A stretch of 33,866 nt of DNA from Octopus bimaculoides (GCF_001194135.2 NC_068985.1:4264857-4298722), one strand, 5' to 3'. Positions 1-11,920 are shown, counted from the stretch's first letter. Notes: a model not told the origin generated them from the sequence alone. Numbers and translations: made by a program.

Positions 1-93
1 GAAGAAGAAGAAGAAGAAGAAGAAGAAGAAGAAGAAGAAGAAGAAGAAGAAGAAGAAGAAGAAGAAGAAGAAGAAGAAGAAGAAGAAGAAGAA

Positions 94-125
<32 letters not shown>

Positions 126-129
126 AGAA
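1..129. repeat. (GAA)n microsatellite, truncated by the window start
   Basis: Near-perfect GAA run with one GAG interruption. Confidence 0.99.
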
Positions 130-429
130 TTTTCCCCGTGGTCTCGAATCCTTGTTTCATGTCCGGCGAAGAATATCCTTTCCTCGTAAGTTGAAAGAGC
201 TCTTAGCTTTGGTTGACAATCTTTCTAGAAAAGGTGTCTCGAAAAAACACACCTCATATAAAAATTTCCTGACAAAATACACACCGTATTCCAATCTATG
301 CACCCGTGTCCACATGTGTGCCATTTTCACGCGAATCTACCCAGCCGTTTGGCTGTGAATCTCAAGAAAAAAAAAGAATACAACGATCGCCCATGTCCAA
401 TTTATATTATAGATAATCGCCAAATTATG

Positions 430-1470
430 CTACGAAGATGATGCCATAAGTTGGAAGCGTTTGACTCCTCCTAGGATATTGGCCGAAGGAATGACTGCTA
501 TGGCAATTGCAAGTATCATGACCCAAACAGCAATTCCAAATATAAGTCCTTTTTTGACGAAGTCACTGCAGCCTTAGATATAATTAAGACTGAATCATTT
601 GTCCTAAAAGAAGAATTCAATGTTTCTGTTGGCACCGATGATCGGACGTGAAAAGGAGTTAGTGGGACAATGCAAACATTGAATTCAATGCAAATGCAGA
701 GACCTTCTTAGACTTCCGTTCTGGAAATGGACTCTTCATTACGAATACGTTTTTCCATCACAAAGATATCCATAAAAATACATGGTATAGGAATATTTTA
801 GAATTGAGGTTACTGATAACTTTTCTTATCGTCTTTGACCTCTTTGACTCTGTGCTGGACGGTCTTGTTAAGAGAGGGTCAGAGCTAGCAACTGATCATT
901 ACCGAATCGTTTGCAAGAAGAATTCACAAAACTGCTAAGTCCAGTCCGATTTACAGAATAAAGTGGAAAGCCCTGGTAGATGATGGGACTAGAAACATGC
1001 GTAGACACTATTACATCCAAAATCAGAAACCTTCCTGACGAAACGGAGGATGCGGAAACGGGGTGGAGACGATATTGTTCGGCAGTTTATTTTTCTATTG
1101 TAAATTGTTGTGGACGAAAGCGGTTTGGGGTTGCAGCAAGCGATAAAAAAATCATGCTTTAACCAGAATGTTAATGCTACCCGAGCAAAGAAGGAAGCTT
1201 ACAAACCTTGGCCTTCAAACAAGTTTCCCTCTTTCGTTGGCGTTTCACGAAAGAGCAAATCGTTGCTGCAGAGAGAGTAAATATCTTCAAGTCTAAGTCA
1301 TAGGAGGAGTCTGGGTTTAAGCTGGACTCTGGTATTAGATTGACCAATAAATTACTTTGGTAGACCATCTTCTGACTTCGTAACAAGAAGCCCTCTTCCA
1401 CTCCTGTCATTAAGAACACAGCTGGCGTTCTTCTTTCTATTACACCCACGATACACTCTGGAATGGAAAG
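430..1470 (+). mobile_element. Degenerate RTE-clade LINE ORF2 fragment (APE endonuclease plus linker)
   Basis: Translations across stops and frameshifts give EEFNVSVGTDDRT*KGVSG (like GDFNAHVG..WKGVIG), NGLFITNTFFHHKDIHKNTWYR, KRGSELATDH and LW*TIF*LRNKKPSSTPVIKNTAGVLL. All are typical of RTE/BovB-type ORF2. Boundaries approximate. Confidence 0.85.
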
Positions 1471-2675
1471 CGAAGATGGCTAGCAGGCTTGTGGGTATTT
1501 TAGCACAGCTTCTAGTAATGTTATTTTTTCCTTTAAAATGGATTTCCAGAAATATATTACTTTTAAAATTGCTTCTCACAGTTGAAGAACCAATTTCTAT
1601 ACTTTTTCCAAACTCTGTAATAATATTGTCTTCATTCTCACATTCTTACTTTCCAAAATCTGCAAATCGGAATTGGTAAGCTCCCATCAGTTGATTCTGT
1701 TGATTTCAATTTTCATTTTCTCACCAATTATTTTGTATTTCTCTTTGTTTGCTTCTGTTTTCAGTTACATTAATTTCGTTTCGTTTTTCATAGCCTTGTC
1801 ATAGTTTTTTTTCTACTGATCTCTTCCTTTATTTATAGTTTTGTGTAGTAATTTTCTTGGTTAGATCAGTGAGGCTGAGATTAGCCAACACCCGTAAATC
1901 TCTTTGATTTCAATTTCGCAGCATGTTCCGAAGAGCGAATTTTGTGAAGGTGAAATTTTATCCTATATATAAGCCATTTGTGTTTCCTTTTGTTTTTCTT
2001 TCTTCGCTTTTTTTATAAGGGTAACAAATCTCGGAATATTATCACATGCATCTGTAGACGATAATGTTTATTCTAAAACCTTTCTCAGAATGCTTACTTC
2101 GATTTTTCCTCCTATCTCTATATTCTTACTGTCCTCTCTATTCGTTTGTCTTTTTTCTTTTTCTGTTGTAAACCTGTGGAATTCGTTAGGCATAACGTTT
2201 AGGATGGATAATTTTCCCCTAATGTCTTCAAGGTCTTTAAGGATTTTTTTATTTGTTTCTATGCACGATTTCTCTGCTTGCAATGAAAGTTTCCGAGATT
2301 TGTATGTTAGAATATACTGAAAATGTTTCACAAAAATTACATCACGTAACAAACACTAAAACAGACAAAATATGTAAAAATCAGAAATACGCCGAAGGTT
2401 TTGATGTAATTAACAAACAAATGTCATTTAATGGTTGAACATAATTTCAAAATACAATTTATAAAAAATATACACATAAATCAACTCACTTCAGTTCAAC
2501 TGTGGCATTTTCAAGATACGTAAATATTTTTTATGATGTTTCTTCAAATGTTTCACATAATTTCAAAGGTAATTTAGAACACAGTACAAGAGAAATATTA
2601 TTCCTTTATCGAAATTCGGAAAGTTCAGACAATGACCTGCGACTCTAAATATTTCCGTTTTTCTAATTTTGATAA

Positions 2676-3076
2676 GCAGGCGTGGCTGTGTGGTAAGAGT
2701 CTTGACTCCAACTACGTGGGCTTAGGTTCAGTCCCATTGCGTGGTACCTTGGTCGAATACCTTTAAATATAGCATCAGACCAACCAAAGACTTGTGAGTG
2801 GATTTGGTAGACGAAAACAATGAAACCCGCCTGTTGTCAACCGGTGAGGAGTGACAAGCACAAGGGGACACACCTACACTCGCACGCATACACATGCACG
2901 CGCGATTTTAGTTAGTTTATGCCCCCGTAACTTAGCGGTTCAACAAAATCGTGCGAAAGGAAAAGTGCCAGGCTTAAAAGAATATAGATATTGGGGTCGA
3001 TTTATATGACTAAATCCTTGAAGGCTGTGCTCCAGCATGGCTGCAGTCAAATGATTGAAACAAGTAAATGATAAAT
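2676..3076 (+). mobile_element. tRNA-derived SINE family A, full-length but diverged
   Basis: Head GCAGGCGTGGCTGTGTGGTAAG...GGTTCAGTCCC, a CA-rich middle, and tail CCCCGTAACTTAGCGG...CCAGCATGGCTGCAGTCAAATGATTGAAACAAGTAAA. Collinear with the copy at 29583-30000. Confidence 0.85.
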
Positions 3077-3304
3077 GTGTTTTTACATTTATCAATATGC
3101 TAGCTAAAGTGAATTTTCTGTGTATATGCTTGTCTAATTTGCTGACAGTGAATAGTACCTCCTGTATGGATTATTTGGCCAATCTAATGTTTTCAATAAC
3201 CTATGTATATTGAAATATTCATTAAATTTTCGAGGAGCAAGAAAAGTTATTATTAATTTCGAAAATGTTCTTTCTTTGGAATACAATTTGGAACCATCCA
3301 ATAA

Positions 3305-4370
3305 ATTGTTACCGCATTTCAGAAGTTCTGATATCTTTCATGAGAGACATTTATTAATTTCTAAGAATGACAAAACTCTAATCTGCCTGAAAGTAGTATC
3401 CCCTGGCTTCAATGCACTTGTTGCAGCACCCTATTTACATCTGAAGGCCCTTTGGAAGTCCTCAAATGTAAAGCTATTGAGGACCCTTGTTACAGGCTCT
3501 TTCATATTCTTCAGTCTGGGAACAACCAAAATCACAGGGAGCAAGTTCTGGACTTTTGGGAGGGTAATGGATGGTTGTGATATCCATTGTCCTGGGGTAG
3601 GTATCACCGAACGAATGGCAAAGCACTAGCCTTTGGTGGGGAAATCTCTTCCTGACTTCCTTCAAAACCTTCACAAAGTACTCTTTGTTGACTGTCTGTC
3701 TAGAGGGAACCCGCTTGATATAGATGATGTCCTAGCTGTATGTATGATGTATGCCGGGATGCTTCCATTAGGCACTCGGTCTCTTGTTCTTTGAATCATA
3801 ACAGTAGATCCAGTTTTTGTTACAGGTCACCAGAGACTCAAGTAGTCTTGGATTAAAAGTAATGAGCTCAACCATTCCTCTGCTGTCACCAATACATCTT
3901 CCCTTCTGTTCGTCATTGAGCACTCTGGAAGCAAACTTTTCACAAATTTTTCGCATTTGCAGATTTTTTAAATAATTCTTTGAACAGTTGCCACACCAAC
4001 TCCAAAAGAATTTTCTCAATCGGATCTAATGTCCTGACGTAACCTTTTGTGCCAGCGAAACTTTGGTGCATCTCGATTCTTACAAGTTAATCCATGTTTG
4101 GAGCATTTCATGAGTATCTGTAGCGTTTTTCCTCAGATTAATACAAACCATTATTGCATAACGAGCTTCTGAACTGTCTTTACGTCCGGATTGCATTCTG
4201 CAAATTAATCAGGTGTAACAAACAGTGTTTATTTGGTTGGATTCAAAGTGCTGTTAAAGCTGTCTCTTTCAATCTGGAATAAGGAAGCTTGGCAGGTCAG
4301 CTTATCAGATGTATAGTAATGATATACTAAAATTACAATAAACTAGGACAGTTATAACAACCTCTTCTAA
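3305..4370 (-). mobile_element. Decayed mariner (DD34D, irritans-like) DNA transposon
   Basis: Contains the transposase pseudogene listed next; TIRs are eroded, so the ends are approximate. Confidence 0.85.
3378..4196 (-). pseudogene. Mariner transposase pseudogene
   Basis: Motifs: MQSGRKDSSEARYAIMVCINLRKNATDTHEMLQT; KICEKFASRVL..LVTCNKNWIYCYD (like TCDESWIYCYD); QTVNKEYFVKVLKE; YPPKSPELAPCDF (like YSPDLAPCDF); NKCIEARGYYFQAD*. Multiple stops and frameshifts. Confidence 0.9.
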
Positions 4371-4399
4371 AAATGTATCAAATCGTCTGGAATACATCT

Positions 4400-4600
4400 C
4401 GCATCTCTAAAGATTTTGTTTTTATTTTGCTTCTAATAATTGTCTTTCGATAACTTCTTCAAGGTTTGGTCTCAGTGGTTAAGTTTTAATGAATGTCTGC
4501 CAATATTTCTTTATTGTTTTGGTTAAAGATTCGGATATGTGGTATATCACATTCTTATAGGAATAAATGTGAACATTCTTATTTCGTTCTACATTGCTTT
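4400..4600 (-). mobile_element. Possible Penelope-like RT C-terminal/linker remnant
   Basis: YTTYPNL, KTIKKYWQTFIK and NKIFRD resemble the PFVTTYHPNL..IIKKHWHIL..RNKNLRD region of Penelope-like elements; heavily degraded. Confidence 0.3.
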
Positions 4601-4933
4601 TGAAATCATATAAAATAAATTCAAAGAAATTTGATAAAAACATGAAAGGATCTTGCGCAAATATCTAATTAGTGTTAAAACCGGGGATCCATGAATATTT
4701 TTGCTGGAGATTGGACTTTTTGAAATTGTGCACAAATATTATATGCAACCACATTTCGAAATTAAGAAAATTTTCGTAAGATTTTATTTTAGTTCTTTGG
4801 CGAAGTGATCATTTTGTGTGGATCTTTAAATATTTTCATCATAAACGTGCACGCACACACATGCATGTATAAACGTATACAAATTGATAGATAGATTTGG
4901 ATGTACTTATGTGTGTATATATATATAAAACCG

Positions 4934-5440
4934 TATATAATATATATCATAATGATATTTATTTTCCGATTTTGAAGCAAAAACTTGTAAATACAAACAA
5001 ATAACGAGCTAACCTTTGGCTGAAGCGAACCCCAAAATCGATGCTTTCATAGCTCCTTGCGAATCTGATTCGCTAAACGCTCACCCGGCAATTTCAGTCA
5101 AATTTAGATAATATATACTTATTACTGTCTTAATACTACATAAATAATTGTTTTATAAACAAAACCCGAAAGGCTTTGCTAGTTACGGAGAGAAGGCTAT
5201 TATGGAAGGCTCATAGAATAATAACTGCATATTTGTGGGTTCGATTCAACCTGAGGTGAGCTCATCATTTTTTGGTCATTTATTTGTATTTAAAAATTGT
5301 CGCTTCAAAATCGGAGAATAAATATCATTATGATATATATATTATATACAGTTATTATACTATGAGCCTTCCATAATAGCTTTCTCTCCGTAACTCGCAA
5401 AGCCTTTCGGGTTTGTTTGTAAAAATATTTTTTATGTAGT
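4934..5440. repeat. Interlocked inverted repeats A-x-B-A'-B'
   Basis: B (5135-5231) is the reverse complement of B' (5345-5440), e.g. CCCGAAAGGCTTTGC.AGTTACGGAGAGAA.GCTATTATGGAAGGCTCATAG. A (4934-5038) is the reverse complement of A' (5231-5348), e.g. TATCATAATGATATTTATT.TCCGATTTTGAAGC. Confidence 0.9.
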
Positions 5441-5559
5441 TGTATATATGAAGTATATGGTTTCAACATTTGGTTTTATAACCTGTTTTATAGACTGCTA
5501 ATTCATTTTCACTATTTAGAAAATTTGCTTTAGCTGATCTTGTTGATTTTGTCCTTCTT

Positions 5560-6000
5560 GTTTCTTGTTAAATAATACACATTCCCAAACGACTTCTAAT
5601 TGCATGGATAATCTATCCTAAATTATTTCGTTTCCCACCAATCATTCTTTTCCTCTTATTTAGACTTTCTCCCATTCTTTCATTCTCATCTAGTCTCTCT
5701 CCCACTCTCTCATTTTCCTGATTCTTTTTCTCTCTTATTATCTTATATTTTCTCTCACTCTCCCTCTATCTCATTTCCGTTTCTCTCTTTTTCACTCTCT
5801 CGTTCTCCTTCTCTCTCTCGGTCTTTATCGTTCTATCCGCCTCTCTTTATTTCATTCTTTCCTCTCAATTTTCCTAAAAACTTTTTTTTGTTTTTACTCC
5901 TCTCTTTCCCGTCGTACTTTCTCAATATGATTTTTGTTTTATATTTCACCTTTTGAATTCTTTTGTTCTCTTTTCTCTTTCTCCATTCTCATTCGAACGC
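5560..6000 (+). repeat. Polypyrimidine low-complexity tract (decayed (CT)n)
   Basis: Long C/T-rich stretch; similar tracts at about 31300-31510 and 33000-33320. Confidence 0.85.
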
Positions 6001-6595
6001 GTGTAATTATAAATAATCACCTAACATGCATATTTAACACATTATCACTGCGCATATACATTATTTATGTACTAAATTCGATATTTTTATGTGAATTTAA
6101 TGGGCAGTTTCGAAAACTATTCACGAAAATCCATCAAGATGCATTGCCAGAAAATTCTATTTACCAAAGATCGTATACGAATTGAAAATATTTTTGAAAT
6201 TTGAATTCTTTTTATTAGAATAGTTTGTGTAAAGTTTATATAGGATCGCTTCGATTAGTGGGACACAATACTCTATCCGATCGCTTTTGCTTGGCTACGT
6301 TTCCATTTTGTGATGACACATTTTATAAAAACACACTTTTTCTATTAACAAAAAGAAAATAAAAAGCTATGATTTCACCCGCCTCATGAATGCTATTATA
6401 AAAGTGAGACACGTAGATTTAAGTTCGGTGGGTATTTCAATATGTAATTACGGGCATACCTCACCTTAGGTCGGTAATTGTTTCTAAGACATGCGTCTTA
6501 ACTCGTAAAACGACGTAATACGAAAAATGTATTATTAACAATTTATTAGCTTTTTACCGTTTTAATGACTGCTTTGTAATATATACACCTGTGTA

Positions 6596-6970
6596 GAGGC
6601 GCAATGGCCCAGTGGTTAGGGCAGCGGACTCGCGGTCATAGGATCGCGGTTTCGATTCTCAGACCGGGCTTTGTGAGTGTTTATTGAGTGAAAACACCAA
6701 AAGCTCCACGAGGTTCCGGCAGATGGTGGTGGCGAACCCTGCTGTACTCTTTCACCACAACTTTCTCTCACTTTTCCTGTTTCTGTTCTACCTGTATTTC
6801 AAAGGGCCAGCTTTGTCACATGCTGTGTCACGCTGAATTTCCCCGAGAACTACGTTAAGGGTACACGTGTCTGTGGAGTGCTCAGCCACTTGCACGTTAA
6901 TTTCACGAGCAGGCTGTTCCGTTGATCGGATCAACTGGAACCTTCGTCGTCGTAACCGACGGAGTGTCAC
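6596..6970 (+). mobile_element. tRNA-derived SINE family B, apparently full length
   Basis: A-box-like TGGCCCAGTGG and B-box-like GGTTTCGATTC in the head; the body matches the minus-strand copy at 22874-23147. Confidence 0.85.
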
Positions 6971-6986
6971 GATATACACAAATATT

Positions 6987-7208
6987 AAGGCGGCAAACTG
7001 GGAGAATGGTTAGCACGTCAAGCAAAATGGTAAACGGCATTTCATGCGTCTTTACGTTCGGAGTTCAGACTCCACCGAGAACGGCTTTGATTTTCATCCT
7101 TGCTGTATCTATAAACTAAGTACCAGCTGAGCACTAGGGCGTCGATGTAACAGATTAACCCCGTTCTCCGAAGTTGCTGGCCTTGTGCCAAAGCATGAAA
7201 CCAATATT
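6987..7208 (+). mobile_element. tRNA-derived SINE family C (CORE-type central domain)
   Basis: Head AAGGCGGC...GAATGGTTAGCACG, B-box-like GAGTTCAGACTCC, then TTTCATCC...AAACTAAGTACCAG, resembling the CORE domain; a degenerate homologue lies at 25260-25350. Confidence 0.75.
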
Positions 7209-7878
7209 TTCACATGTATTTTATTTGATTTTCCACTTCAATATTGCTTTTAGGAGCTTCTTTTCAATTTCTATGCTTTTTAAATATGTTCACTGAGAAC
7301 GATATAGAATGGGGTAAATTGACTGAAGCTGATGTCTTTTTCCCATTAATTTCTTAAGAAGCATCAACGTAAAGTCAAAAACATCCATATCGAAAAGATG
7401 TAAGTTCAAGTATGCATGTAATTAAAAGGCTTTGGGTTTTTTTTTTTGTGTGTGTGTGTGTAATCCATTATATCAATTTTTATGGTTTAAATTACATGAA
7501 AGGATATTACTTGCGGAAAAATACCTCTTCTTCATCTGTAAACGTTTATATTAAATCCGTATACTTCGCATCAACATTCTAAACACCTGTGTTGATCTTT
7601 ACATCGTCAAGAAAAGAAATTATTCCGTGGCATTGGAGTTCCTTGCGTTTGTATACCATAACCTCTTCAGTTTTGTAAAACATGTAACAGTCGGCTTAGC
7701 ATTAAAATATACACAAGCACACAATGACTATTCCTTTCGAAAATTTAGACCTTCCGGGACAAGTTTTTATCTTGTAAGATTATTTATTGTCTGTCGGTCT
7801 TTCATAAGTACCAACGATTTCGGTTGGTAATTTTTGCAAAATGGAGTGATTCCGCCAAGCAATAGAATCTCTCTTTAA

Positions 7879-8184
7879 TCAAGCCACAGTGTCATAAAAC
7901 TTCTCACCATAAAATGTGGACACCCAAACTGTGGAACCGGCCCCAAATTACTTGAAGGCTCGGATTTCCTTTTCAAACAAGGACAGAGGTTCACAACTAA
8001 AACTAGTTTCACTTGTGCCTCTGAGAACCTAATTTATGTAATAACCTGCTCGGGTTGCGGACACAACTATATTGGACAGATGAGTATGACCTTGAGAAGG
8101 AGAACTACTCTACATAAAGAGCAAATCCGTTTCCCGCAATACAGGCAATTCAATTTCATTTCATGTACACGTGATGCATATTAA
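7879..8184 (+). pseudogene. Penelope-like element GIY-YIG endonuclease fragment
   Basis: Stop-free frame, missed by the ORF track for lack of an early start: KCGHPNCGTGPKLLEGSDFLFKQGQRFTTKTSFTCASENLIYVITCSGCGHNYIGQMSMTLRRRTTLHKEQIR. It has the Cys-rich linker, LIYVITCxxC, YIGQ, R and H residues of PLE GIY-YIG domains. Confidence 0.9.
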
Positions 8185-8799
8185 TAACTAATATAAATGT
8201 GCACATTTCAGGTAATGCTAATTTGGAAGTTTTTACTTAAATTGCTCCAATGTCTTTTGCCTCCCAAAGTTTTATTATGCGCTGCTATAACAACCATATT
8301 ATGGACGATTAATTTTCTTTGTTGTATGCAAAGATCTGTGGCAACAAAATGGTTTCTTGTTTAGATTCGATGAGACCAGATTCGTGTGTCTGTTGTATTC
8401 TCGAACTACGCCTTCTTTGTTACAAACGCCATAGCAAGATGCATTTCTGCAGAGCCCTAAGTGTCCTCGCTGGATAACAAAAACATAGTGAGACCAAGGG
8501 AAGAGAGGTTACAAGACTGGATTCTAGTAATTCCTTTTAATCGAATAACAATTTACGAGGAATCCCAAATATTTGTCATTCGAGAAAATCGTTACTAAAT
8601 CCAGGCTCTTCATATCATTTATATTATTTTTGTGTCGTCCACAAAAGAAAGAGATATGATTCAATTTGGCGTTTTTTTCCATTTTTCGAGCTAATCATAC
8701 ATCTTTTAGATTTTCTGAACAAAAAGCTTAGTGAGTTCACTCTCAACAAAATAGCAGAGGTTGCCTCCTTCTAATGTATGCAGTCCTTCGATTATTTAT

Positions 8800-9300
8800 T
8801 CCGTCAAAAGATAATACAACCCTTCTTATATTTAACTTCAGTATGGTAGCGCTGGATGAAACCAGATTATCGAGGGCTTTGATTATGGTCTCTAGGACTT
8901 GGCATAAATAGCTAAACAAAACAGTTCTTTGTTTTGTACTCCAGTCAGACGGCAGTCAAATACTTCTTGTTCCAACGCACCTACAGCATCCTTTTCCTGT
9001 TAATTAGATATTGCTCAGCACATCTCCAAATCCCCTTTTGCTCTGGCTGATGAGGATTAAGCTTTGTTTACCACAATAATTCTTTGAAATAGTTTCAAAC
9101 ATGTTGATTCTAGTATGTCATTGTTCGGCTGATCTTTAACATATTAGTATCGCTGTCTTTTAGTATAATCTTCGTTTATCCCCATCGCTAGGTTTGAGTG
9201 AAAATGCTGCACCAATATTCATTTCATAGGAAAGTGTGACAATGACCATCAAGAATATTTTCATATCTATCACAGGGTAGGACTTGAAAATCATCGAACC
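8800..9300 (-). mobile_element. Possible highly decayed hAT (Ac/ZBED-like) transposase remnant
   Basis: Across frameshifts: RWG*TKIILKDSDTNML (like W..K..VLRDNAANM), RIIVVNKA*SSSARAK (like RKIVGHFKHS..A), KRML*VRWN (like KRLQQDV.TRWN), in the expected order. Confidence 0.35.
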
Positions 9301-9376
9301 AAATAACTCAGTTTCAATTCTTCACTGATTTTTCCATTCTTTGAATGAATGGATTATTTCTATTATATATAGATTA

Positions 9377-9529
9377 GCTGTGTGGTAAGTAACTTGCCTC
9401 CCAACCACATGGTTTCGGGTTCAGTCCCACTGCGTGGGACCTTGGGCAAGTGTCTTCTACTATAGCCTCGGGCCGACCAAAGCCTTGTGAGCGGATTTGG
9501 TAGACGGAAACTGAAAGAAGCCCGTCGTA
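9377..9529 (+). mobile_element. SINE family A 5' half, ending in (TA)n and a gap
   Basis: GCTGTGTGGTAAG...GGTTCAGTCCCACTGCGTGG...GAAAGAAGCCCGTCGTA, nearly identical to 16816-16973 and 29583-29745. Confidence 0.92.
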
Positions 9530-9553
9530 CATATATATATATATATATATATA

Positions 9554-9908
9554 NNNNNNNNNNNNNNNNNNNNNNNNNNNNNNNNNNNNNNNNNNNNNNN
9601 NNNNNNNNNNNNNNNNNNNNNNNNNNNNNNNNNNNNNNNNNNNNNNNNNNNNNNNNNNNNNNNNNNNNNNNNNNNNNNNNNNNNNNNNNNNNNNNNNNNN
9701 NNNNNNNNNNNNNNNNNNNNNNNNNNNNNNNNNNNNNNNNNNNNNNNNNNNNNNNNNNNNNNNNNNNNNNNNNNNNNNNNNNNNNNNNNNNNNNNNNNNN
9801 NNNNNNNNNNNNNNNNNNNNNNNNNNNNNNNNNNNNNNNNNNNNNNNNNNNNNNNNNNNNNNNNNNNNNNNNNNNNNNNNNNNNNNNNNNNNNNNNNNNN
9901 NNNNNNNN
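9554..9908. other. Assembly gap (N-run)
   Basis: N-run. Other gaps: 18034-18392, 19449-19547, 21066-21533, 23168-23177, 24045-24606, 25847-25945, 32019-32190. Almost all abut microsatellites. Confidence 0.99.
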
Positions 9909-11129
9909 ATATATATATATATATATAAACTTGTTTTCCCCATTTCCTTATTCCCCTATACAATTTTTGGATCAGATGCAAACTTCTTCTTGTGATGTGT
10001 TTTCCAATAATCATATTCGCTGCTAGAACAGTCGACATCTTGATTTCATGTTTTTGATTCTTTTCCTCGAAAACTCGTTGTATCGTAACACTAAATATTT
10101 TAGTTCTTTTTAAAATTAAGCTGCAGCTGGTGTGTACTACATTTTATTGTTCACGTTTCGCTATAAATGTTATCGAAGTATTCGTTTCTGCGACGCATCT
10201 TGTTCATATTTTCTTCTAGTTTTGCTATCCACCTGATTGACTTACATTCGATAACTTTTTAACATGTACTCTGCAGGAATCTCTGAGGTGTTCTTTCAAA
10301 AGAATGCCAGTTGTATACAGAAAATTATTGATTATCTCACAGTTGTTACTGCATGCTTTAACTTTTAACGTGTGAATGGTTGTTTGTCTCGTTTTCCTCA
10401 TAAAAAGACTTAATATCGCTACTTTAGAGAAATTGAAAAGATTTTCCTAAAGTTGTATTTATTTTCAACAGTCATCTCTATCGGGATTTATACGGAGATT
10501 TGTTAGTTTAGGCAGTGACTACGATGATGCCACAATACTGTGCAGTTGTCGATCTATTTTGGTTGTCTTCGGCTCATCCACTCATGTTACTGGAATTGGA
10601 ATATTTGCTTGATATGTGATTTCCGTTTATAAAATTTGACTGAAATTTCAGGAGTATTTCGTTCTTTAACAGTTTCGAATAACAGACAGAAAGATATTCA
10701 ACGGCTAATTCATAAAACTGGCATATATCTTGGTTTCAAACGAACGACCAAGTCGTCAGATAACGCTGTTTTGCTCATGTTGTAATGATGTCGGTGTTGT
10801 CAATGTTAACATGATGTAAGCTATCAACGAAGGAAAATTCTGCAAGACAAAAAGGAGTTCCCATAATCTTATCGGAAGGACACTGAGCTGTTGTTGAGTC
10901 TTGGTTTTGTGGTTGAAGTTATATGTTTTTAGCACCAGGCCAGCTCGAATTGGTCAGGTATATGAACAAAGGCATTCCAGAAAATGTTCTTCCATTTTAA
11001 AGATGTTTCTTCGTCAGTTCCAGCAATTTTCTTTTTTTTTTTTTTTTACAGATTTCGTAGAAAAAACTTTATAGAATGAAATTCTCCAGTTGCCATAATT
11101 ACAAAATGTACAAACATATTTTTACTGCA

Positions 11130-11345
11130 ATATATGATTATGTATGCATGTATGTGTGTGTGTGCATACATATACATACATGCGTGCATGAAAATGCCTA
11201 TGTATGTATGTATGTATATGTGCAGATTTGTACGTTTTGCTTTATGCATGTATTCTTATGCATATAGTTGCATATCTTGACATGCTCGAATATATGTATG
11301 TTTGTATGTGTGTATGTATGTATGTATGTATGTATGTATGTGCTT
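11130..11345. repeat. Compound (TATG)/(TG) microsatellite
   Basis: Direct inspection; similar arrays at 12225-12300, 12560-12630, 16973-17050, 20895-21065, 21534-21800, 29745-29785 and 33590-33660. Confidence 0.95.
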
Positions 11346-11824
11346 AAGTTTTGATGAGAAAATCATTTGTCAGGGACACTAATTTATTCACAAAGCAAGT
11401 TTGAATATTATTGGATAAAATCCATTTCAATTTGGTAAATCAAATTGTGGAAACGCAAAACTCTGGAGCAATTTCTTCATATATTGAATTGCTGACAAAT
11501 ATCACTTGTTCTTGTTCATCTTCTTCCGTACTACATATTGCCTACACAGCTTCCCGCCTCATTTTGTCTTTAATTACCAACCATCTCTAGCGTATGTTAT
11601 AAATTAATTGATCAACATTCTGAATATTCAGCCTTCTGCTTTCCGCGATTATAAATTATGTTTCACTAAAAAAAAATAGAGTCTCATATGGCGAATGTGA
11701 TGACGTAAAGAGAAACTGGATGACCGTAATGTTGATGATTGCTGCAATCGTGTTGGGAATATTTATGACGTTGAATAGAAAATAGACAATTAGGATGATA
11801 AAGACGACGACGACAGTTTGGACG

Positions 11825-11852
11825 GTGATGATGATGATGATGATGATGATGA
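11825..11852. repeat. (GAT)n microsatellite within a decayed GAT-rich tract
   Basis: GATGATGAT run preceded by GACGAC. Confidence 0.9.
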
Positions 11853-11920
11853 GAGGTTGGGTTCATGAAAAAGAAGAAAACTAAGAGAAGAGGAATATAT
11901 GAGTGCACTTACAATATACG

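Noticed and set aside
6598-6668. tRNA gene
   Set aside because: A and B boxes are present, but there is no complete cloverleaf and it continues into a multicopy body; it is a SINE head. The same applies to the other tRNA-like heads.
9374-10038. Long ORFs spanning N-runs (also 17880-18407, 19328-19711, 20884-21820, 23901-24681, 25730-26104, 31921-32328)
   Set aside because: They stay open only because N codons contain no stops; the flanks are YI/HT/CV translations of microsatellites
10725-10765. CTGACGA...GAAAC on the minus strand as a hammerhead
   Set aside because: No stem II pairing between the motifs and no UH triplet or stem I in register
11690-11790. Frame ending WMTVMLMIAAIVLGIFMTLNRK*, resembling a tail-anchored protein exon
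   Set aside because: No polypyrimidine acceptor; it lies within a decayed (GAT)n tract that yields M/L/I-rich text by chance
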